Assembly (NCBI GenBank): GCA_963835065.1
Contig: CAWIEK010000063.1
Span: 128,001 to 192,000, forward strand
Reading direction: 5' to 3'
Length of the DNA stretch: 64,000 bases
From: an uncultured Chthonomonadaceae bacterium
GTDB lineage: Bacteria > Armatimonadota > Chthonomonadetes > Chthonomonadales > Chthonomonadaceae
Both the position numbers and the translations under genes were made by a program. The notes beneath the pieces were generated by a model. It saw only the letters and a list, made by a program, of their open reading frames with translations. It was not told where the DNA came from and did no database searches. Shown piece after piece: positions 57,946 through 64,000 of the stretch. Every line of letters starts with the position of its first letter. The stretch's first letter is position 1.

Positions 57946-58058
57946 CGCCTTGTTTTTGCGGGAAAGGTGTTTTATTTTAACGGCTTTGTCCATAATACCG
58001 TTTGAAATGCGTATTTCCCGAACACCCGAATACCTGAATACCTGAACACCGCTCGTAA

Positions 58059-58961
58059 TTATTGTTCATCCAGCACATGCGCCATCGTTACCAGATGCGA
58101 CATTGTGTGATCGGCAAACGTCCAGACAACTTTCTTATCCCGCGTGACCTCGAAGAAGTGAACGCCCGTGCCTTCCTTGCCCTGCAAGAAGTTGGCGACG
58201 ACCAGATTGCCGTTTTTCAAGCGCTGGATTCCTGTAATCCAATACAGGCCGAGAGTGGGCGCGTCCTTGGGGCCGAATTCCCACACGATTTCGCCTTTGG
58301 GCGTGATTTCCATCACCTTCGCGGTTTTGCCGCCACCCACAAGCGTGTTGCCGTTAGGCAGGCGCGCGGCCTCGAACACGCTGTCCACGCCGGGGTACTC
58401 CCACGTTATTTTTCCCGCAGGATCGTACTCGCGGATCACGCCGTCCCCCTCATGGCAGGCGAGAATGTTGCCGTTTTTGAGTTTGTGCAGAGAGCGCAAT
58501 TGGCGATGCGCCCCTTTTTCGTTCGTCGTCAGGGGCGTGATATGCGCTTCCTCGCCTTTGCGGTTCACTTCCACCGCCTGACACGGCCCCTCTTCCCCAA
58601 CCAGAACATTGCCGTTCGGCAGGCGGCTGAAACCCAATACTTGCTCACATTTCGCCGTGTAATTCCACACGATATGATGCTGCCGATCCACTTCCTGAAC
58701 GCCCGTCGGGTTGCCGCCGTAAGCGTACATCACATTGCCGTTTTTCAAAACCTCGAACATCACGGCCAGACTCGGCACGGGATGCTCCCACAACACTTGC
58801 CCGTCTTCCGACAGTTCAATCAACTTATTTCCCGGCGAGTATTGCATGAACATAAAATGGTGACGTTTGGGCGGAGGCGTGTCGGCGCGTGGCGCGTTCA
58901 CCGCAGCGGTAAGCGCAAGCAGCGTCAGCGCAGGCAACAGGATGTGAGCAGCAAATCGCAT
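58059..58961 (-). CDS. Secreted beta-propeller protein
   Basis: Repeated L.NGN.L...V.E....G..VW blades; signal peptide. Confidence 0.85.
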   Translation of the reverse strand: MRFAAHILLPALTLLALTAAVNAPRADTPPPKRHHFMFMQYSPGNKLIELSEDGQVLWEHPVPSLAVMFEVLKNGNVMYAYGGNPTGVQEVDRQHHIVWNYTAKCEQVLGFSRLPNGNVLVGEEGPCQAVEVNRKGEEAHITPLTTNEKGAHRQLRSLHKLKNGNILACHEGDGVIREYDPAGKITWEYPGVDSVFEAARLPNGNTLVGGGKTAKVMEITPKGEIVWEFGPKDAPTLGLYWITGIQRLKNGNLVVANFLQGKEGTGVHFFEVTRDKKVVWTFADHTMSHLVTMAHVLDEQ

Positions 58962-59199
58962 ACAGCGTATCTCCAGAACTCGGAACCAGCCTTGTATTCC
59001 GAACAGCAGCCTTGCAGCGGAGGAACGAGCAGACATTCGCCGTTCTTACGGGAATATCCTGCTGAAAGTTGAAAAAAGAAATTAGCCGCGAATGAACGCG
59101 AATAAACGCGAATGTAAGTTCACCACAGAGACACAGAGACACAGAGGGGTCACAGAGAGATAAGGGTTGACAGGCGTTTTCAACCACCGGCTCAAACGG

Positions 59200-61314
59200 C
59201 TACTTCTTCGCCACCGTCAGCGCAATGGCGGGAACGAGAATGACGGAATTGCCGATGTGCGCCTGTACGATGATGTTGGCGAAGTCGGCGGGGGCGTCGG
59301 GCGCGGCGGTGAGCGTGATTTTGCCGTCCGTTTGCCCGTCCGGGATGGCTGTTGCGGTCAGCGTTACTTTGGCAGGCAGGTTACGCGCGTCCAGTTTGAT
59401 TTCGCCTTTAGCGTTCGGTTCGCGGAGGATGTGAATTGGAATTTCTGCCGTTACGCCCTGCGTCAGTTTTAGATTGGAAACGGGCGTTGTCACGGTGATA
59501 GCGTTGGTACGCTCCGTTGTGGCGAGTACCAGCATATCCCACAGATGATGCGGGCGCGTGTAGCTGAACTCGACGGACAGCAGCAGGTCAATGGAGCGGT
59601 GTTCGTACTGTTCCCACGCGGGCGCTTCCTGCACAACGGTTTTGCCGCCAACGGTGGCTTCGCCCCGAATGTGAACGTCGCTTGCGGCAAAGGGCGTGTT
59701 GGGCGCAGCCGTCAGGGTCAGTTCGGTTGTGTTTTTGCCCGCCGCGATTGTGCCGCCCGCGCAGGTAACGCCGGGGAGCAGATTGGCGACATTCACCATC
59801 ACCGCGCCGTTGAAACCGCCCAATCGTTCCAGCGTTACGGGCAGCGCAATCGTTCCGCCAACGGGCACGGCCAACTTGTCCACGCCAATCGCCAGCCGAA
59901 AATCCGGCACAACGGGGCGAACGGCAAGCCGATAGCCGCAATCCGGGCCGACAACTTCCTCGACGTTGCTGATTTCAACCGTGTAAGTGCCTTCTGCGGG
60001 CGCGGCAAATTCCAGTTGCGCGTCCTTGCCCAATCCCGGCGCGTCGTCATTGGCGGCGAGTTCCTTGCCTGCCGCGTCCAGTATGCGGATCGCGCCATCA
60101 ATGCGCGACCCGATGCGCCGCCCGAACAAATCAAACATAATTCGCGTTTTAGGCGTGGCGTGGAACGCGAAGCGGGCGCGGGGCGAACGGGCAAACACGC
60201 CGTCAAGGTTTGCAGGCAAGGGCGGCAGCGACTGCAAACTTTCCACGCTCCCGACATTCTGCGCCGTTGCCAAATCCACCATTAGCGGCACAAGCAGCAC
60301 ATTCGAGCCGTCGGAAGTACCGGAAATACCGGTACTACCCGGCGAACCTGCCTTGCCAACCGCAACATCGGCCCAATACACGCCGGAAGCAACATCGGAA
60401 GGAAGCGTAACCGGTATGGTTGTGGCAGCAAGGTTCGCGCCCTGTAAGGTCAATTCAACGGTTTTGCCTGGCTGTCCGCCATGCGGCAGCAGCGTAGAAA
60501 TCAATCCCGCGCGCCCGGCAAGCAGACGATAGGTGTAATTCGGACCGCCGTTGTACTCCGAGTCGCGCACGGTCAGGAAATAGCGTCCGGGTTTGGCAAA
60601 CGTATACCCGAAGCGCGGGTCGCTTTCCCATGTAGACTGCGCCAGCTTCAAACTCACGCCCTTCGCGTCCGTAATCTCCAACACGGGATCGAAGCGGGAA
60701 CGGATACGGTCGGCAAAGCAATCGAACGTCCACGTTTCGCCCTGCATCGCGGTAAACGCGAATCTGTCCCGCCCCGCCCGCGCTGCAATCCGTCCGTTAA
60801 TCACCGCGTTGGCTTTGCCGTCCAATTCAATCGGCACTGCGCTTTCCGCCAATGTCTGCTCCAGTACCTGATTGCCGCGCACATCCACCCAGAAGCGCAG
60901 CCCGCCGGAAACCCCTTTCGGCGTGGTCACGCGCACCTCATGCGGCCCTAACCGCGCCCCCGTCCCCACTTCCAATTCCGCCGTCAGCCCGTTCCCATCC
61001 GCCGGCGCCTGCACCGACTTGACAGCAATCCCGCCCCCACTCACCTGTAAGCGACTGCCCGCCAAATTCTTGCCGTCAATTCTAATGCGCGTCGTCTGCC
61101 CGCGCGGCCCGCCGGAAGGCAGCATCCCGCCCACGTCTGGAGCCTGCGCCCACGCAGAAGAAAGTGAACCACCCGCTAACGCTAGAGACACAGAGACACA
61201 GAGGAAAAGCCGATGCGAGGAGAATAAGAGAGGACGAAGGAAACCTCTAAACATGCCTGCCTTCGTTCCATTTGATTGGCAACTCTCCTCTCTTATCTTC
61301 TTTTTTTCTCGCAT
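59200..61314 (-). CDS. PPC (pre-peptidase C-terminal) domain protein of DUF1501 clusters
   Basis: PSGG.RG, D.F.F.A..G, RIRSRFDPVL, NDD..G.DA.L.F, G.Y...V.D; start uncertain. Confidence 0.85.
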   Translation of the reverse strand: MREKKKIREESCQSNGTKAGMFRGFLRPLLFSSHRLFLCVSVSLALAGGSLSSAWAQAPDVGGMLPSGGPRGQTTRIRIDGKNLAGSRLQVSGGGIAVKSVQAPADGNGLTAELEVGTGARLGPHEVRVTTPKGVSGGLRFWVDVRGNQVLEQTLAESAVPIELDGKANAVINGRIAARAGRDRFAFTAMQGETWTFDCFADRIRSRFDPVLEITDAKGVSLKLAQSTWESDPRFGYTFAKPGRYFLTVRDSEYNGGPNYTYRLLAGRAGLISTLLPHGGQPGKTVELTLQGANLAATTIPVTLPSDVASGVYWADVAVGKAGSPGSTGISGTSDGSNVLLVPLMVDLATAQNVGSVESLQSLPPLPANLDGVFARSPRARFAFHATPKTRIMFDLFGRRIGSRIDGAIRILDAAGKELAANDDAPGLGKDAQLEFAAPAEGTYTVEISNVEEVVGPDCGYRLAVRPVVPDFRLAIGVDKLAVPVGGTIALPVTLERLGGFNGAVMVNVANLLPGVTCAGGTIAAGKNTTELTLTAAPNTPFAASDVHIRGEATVGGKTVVQEAPAWEQYEHRSIDLLLSVEFSYTRPHHLWDMLVLATTERTNAITVTTPVSNLKLTQGVTAEIPIHILREPNAKGEIKLDARNLPAKVTLTATAIPDGQTDGKITLTAAPDAPADFANIIVQAHIGNSVILVPAIALTVAKK

Positions 61315-61379
61315 TGCTTTTCCTCTGTGTCTCTGTGTCTCTAGCGTTAGCGGGTGGTTAGTTTTCCTCCCTGTCTCCT

Positions 61380-62723
61380 TTACGAGAACAGGCCGGGGAT
61401 GCCGGGGGAATCGCGGACGATGCGGGCTTCGCGCAGGCGGGCGGACACGTCCATGTTGAGCAGTTTGGCGACGCTCATATACGTGTCTTCGGGCGTGACG
61501 GGCAGTTCGGCGGGGTATTTGGCCTGCGCGTCGCTGGAACCGATCACGCGCCCGCCGGGGATGCCCGCGCCCGTAATCAGGAACGAGTACACGAACGGCC
61601 AGTGGTCGCGGCCCGCCGAGCCGTTGACAGTGGTGCGCCCGAACTCGCCCGTCACTAAGACAAGCGTTTTTTTGTTCAGGCCGCGCTGGTACACGTCTTC
61701 GATCAGGGCGGATACGGTTTTGTCCATTTCGGGCAGTTGGCGCTTGCAGCGGTTGAAGTTGTCGCCGTGATTGTCGAAGCCCATTTTATCCACATCATCG
61801 TTGATGGGATGCGCCCGCCAGTTCACCTGCACGAAGCGGACGCCCGATTCGATCAGCCGCCGCGCCATCAAACAGCCCTGCCCGAACTGCGTCATGCCGT
61901 AGCGTTCGCGGGTCTGAACCGTTTCTTTGGTCAGGTCGAACGCTTTTTTGGATTGGGGCGACGTGACAAGCGTAAACGCCTTTTCATACGCGGCGTCGTG
62001 AACGCGGGTGTCGCCGGATTCGATGTGGCGCTGGAAACTGTCTACCTGCTTGTACAATTCGTGGCGCAGGTTCAGGCGGTCGCCGGTCATGCCGGTCGGC
62101 GGGGTCAAAGCGGCCAGTTTGTCAACAGGCTGCATTGAATCGAGGACGCGGAAGGGTGAACTGGCGTTGCCTAAAAAGCCGCCGTCCTGTCCGAGGGGGC
62201 CGTTTCCCGCTGTGTCGTACATGCGCGGCCCGATGTGGATCGCGGAGGGGAGGGCGTTGCGCTGCGGCATGAATTTGGAGATCACGGAGCCGATGTTGGG
62301 AGCCTCGCGTCCCGGAGCCACTTTGTTGCCCGTGAGCGTATAATGCGCGGCCTGCGCATGAACCGACTGGTCGTGCGTGGCGGAGCGAATAATGGTGTAC
62401 TTGTCGGCCATACGCGCCATCAGGGGCAGATGTTCGCAGATTTGGATGCCGGGCACGTTGGTCGGGATCGGCTTGAAGATGCCGCGCACCGCTTCGGGCG
62501 CGTCGGGCTTCATATCGAACGTGTCCTGATGCGGCGGCCCGCCCCACAAAAACACGAGGATGACGGACATCTCGTTGTCAACATTGCTGTCCGCGCCCGC
62601 TTTTTGCGCCGCCAGCAGGCCGGGCAGCGTCAGGCCAAGAAAGCCCGCCGACCCGATCTGCAAAAATTCGCGCCGGGTAGGTCCATCGCACGTATTAACC
62701 GTCTCGTGTCCAAATTCAATCAT
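61380..62723 (-). CDS. DUF1501 domain protein (Tat-exported)
   Basis: TRREFL, SVILVFL.GGP.HQDTFDMKP, CLMARRLIESGVRFV, GEFGRT, GRDHW. Confidence 0.95.
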   Translation of the reverse strand: MIEFGHETVNTCDGPTRREFLQIGSAGFLGLTLPGLLAAQKAGADSNVDNEMSVILVFLWGGPPHQDTFDMKPDAPEAVRGIFKPIPTNVPGIQICEHLPLMARMADKYTIIRSATHDQSVHAQAAHYTLTGNKVAPGREAPNIGSVISKFMPQRNALPSAIHIGPRMYDTAGNGPLGQDGGFLGNASSPFRVLDSMQPVDKLAALTPPTGMTGDRLNLRHELYKQVDSFQRHIESGDTRVHDAAYEKAFTLVTSPQSKKAFDLTKETVQTRERYGMTQFGQGCLMARRLIESGVRFVQVNWRAHPINDDVDKMGFDNHGDNFNRCKRQLPEMDKTVSALIEDVYQRGLNKKTLVLVTGEFGRTTVNGSAGRDHWPFVYSFLITGAGIPGGRVIGSSDAQAKYPAELPVTPEDTYMSVAKLLNMDVSARLREARIVRDSPGIPGLFS

Positions 62724-62762
62724 GGTCGATTCCTTTCCGTAATCGTTGTGTCGTTTTAATGG

Positions 62763-64000
62763 TTAAACAGGAACTCTTTGCTGTTCACCAGCACCCACAG
62801 CATATCCTCTAAGCGCATGGCGTCTTGCGGTGTTGTCTTTTGGCGCGGAAGCAATCACGCGTTCGCAGAGTGGCTTGCAGGTTGGCAGGCTTCGTTCCGG
62901 TCGGCGGAGGGAGAACGCCCGAAGGTTGTCCAGTACAATTCGTTGAGAATGTCGGCGTCGTTTTTGCCGGCTTTGAGCAGGCGGTTCACCAGTCCGGTGT
63001 CCGCCGTCACTTTGCGGTTGAGCAGGTCGCCGTTGATGAACAGGAGCGCCTGCGCCATGTTGGGTTCCTGGCTGCGCTCGCACTCGCACGTAATCACGCG
63101 GGCGGGACGGCCCAGCGCGTCCATAAAGTCGGATTTGACGTGCGTATCGGGCAACTGCACGGCGCGAAGTCCGGGCGGCATGTTGGGAAACTCTTCCGGA
63201 TTGGCCGGATACCTGACTCAGCGCGTCCAGCAGCTCTTCGGCCGTCATGCGGCGCACCATGAAGTGGCTGAAGTAGCGGTCGTCTTTGCTGTTTTGGGGC
63301 GTGGACGCGGACGAAAGCTGATACGTTCGGGACGTCACGATTTGCCGAATTAGATGCTGCAGGTCAAACTTATGTTTCACGAAGTCGGCAGCAAGGGCGT
63401 CGAACAATTCCGGGTTGGTGGCGGGGTTGGTTTCGCGCAGGTCGTCTACGGGTTCTACCAAGCCCCGGCCCATGAAGTGCGCCCACACGCGGTTGACAAG
63501 CGAATGGGAGAAATACCAGTTGTCGGGGCGCGTCAGCCATTTGGCGAAAAAGGCGCGGCGCTCTTCGGGCGCGTCAAGGGCAAGCATCGGCCCGCCGAGC
63601 GGCTTGGGCGGCACGGGTTTGCCCAATCGCGGCTGTATCACATCGCCGGAAGGGGCGTTATAAACGGTCATTTCGTCATTGACGTAAATGCCCAAGTCGG
63701 CCTTGAACTTCACGCGGGCGAACAGATTCGCCATGCCATAATATTCGTTCTGCGTCCACTTTTCCAGCGGGTGGTTGTGGCACTTGGCGCACTGTACCCG
63801 GATGCCCATAAAGCCCTGCGTGATGTTTTCGGCCAGTTCTTCGGGTTTCAGGGCGGTGCGGAAATAGTTGGCGGGGCCGTCCAGAAACGTGTTGCCCCGC
63901 GCCGTCAGAATCTCGCGCGCCATCACGTCCCAGCCCTTGTTGTCGCGCACGGCGTCATGGATGTAGCTGTAGTACGCCCACATGCCCTTGTCTTTGAGCG
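62763..64000 (-). CDS. DUF1549/DUF1553 domain protein (partial, frameshifts near 3' end)
   Basis: FMGIRVQCAKCHNHP..KW, VNRVW.HFMGRGLVEPVDD, ITCECER, QAL. Confidence 0.92.
   Translation of the reverse strand, partial: LKDKGMWAYYSYIHDAVRDNKGWDVMAREILTARGNTFLDGPANYFRTALKPEELAENITQGFMGIRVQCAKCHNHPLEKWTQNEYYGMANLFARVKFKADLGIYVNDEMTVYNAPSGDVIQPRLGKPVPPKPLGGPMLALDAPEERRAFFAKWLTRPDNWYFSHSLVNRVWAHFMGRGLVEPVDDLRETNPATNPELFDALAADFVKHKFDLQHLIRQIVTSRTYQLSSASTPQNSKDDRYFSHFMVRRMTAEELLDALSQVSGQSGRVSQHAARTSRRAVARYARQIRLYGRAGPSRPRDYVRVRAQPGTQHGAGAPVHQRRPAQPQSDGGHRTGEPPAQSRQKRRRHSQRIVLDNLRAFSLRRPERSLPTCKPLCERVIASAPKDNTARRHALRGYAVGAGEQQRVPV

Noticed and set aside
11530..63210. Frameshifts in several genes (about 11530-11830, 18360, 25670, 27975, 51885, 52600-52650, 62810-63210) as programmed frameshifting or phase variation
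   Set aside because: Clustered single-base indels without slippery motifs in otherwise conserved genes; consensus errors are the simpler explanation
58059..64000. DUF1549/1553-DUF1501-PPC cluster as a novel system
   Set aside because: A widely reported, recurrent cluster in Planctomycetota and other phyla; nothing unusual is visible here

Overview
GC-rich bacterial chromosome window. Its gene repertoire (DUF1501/DUF1549-1553 cluster, CHAT/CHASE2 genes, Uma2, 7-8 nt intergenic repeats) suggests an Armatimonadota-like organism; this is inference only. The most striking structure is at 1-8391. An intact pyruvate,phosphate dikinase gene (ppdK, - strand) is followed by two more near-identical copies of only its 3' end (341 bp at 2028-2368 and 198 bp at 133-330). 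These are separated by blocks of small accessory genes: a twice-occurring uncharacterised two-gene module, HEPN, DUF4258-like and M41-peptidase-like genes, several of them truncated. No integrase or transposase is visible, so this looks like a cargo array built by repeated 3'-end replacement of a housekeeping gene. A second cluster of decaying toxin-antitoxin genes lies upstream of ppdK. The rest is mostly core and accessory metabolism: folP, cysK with an Rrf2 regulator, nuoB-nuoI, a CHASE2-cyclase/TPR/CHAT trio, an HTH-PIN pair, large secreted CBM9-like proteins, an MFS transporter, sugar ABC genes and a DUF1501 cluster. There are many short repeat elements, some inserted in-frame in genes. 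Clustered frameshifts and a purine-only tract at about 50870-51500 point to long-read consensus errors, so individual lesions need read-level confirmation.
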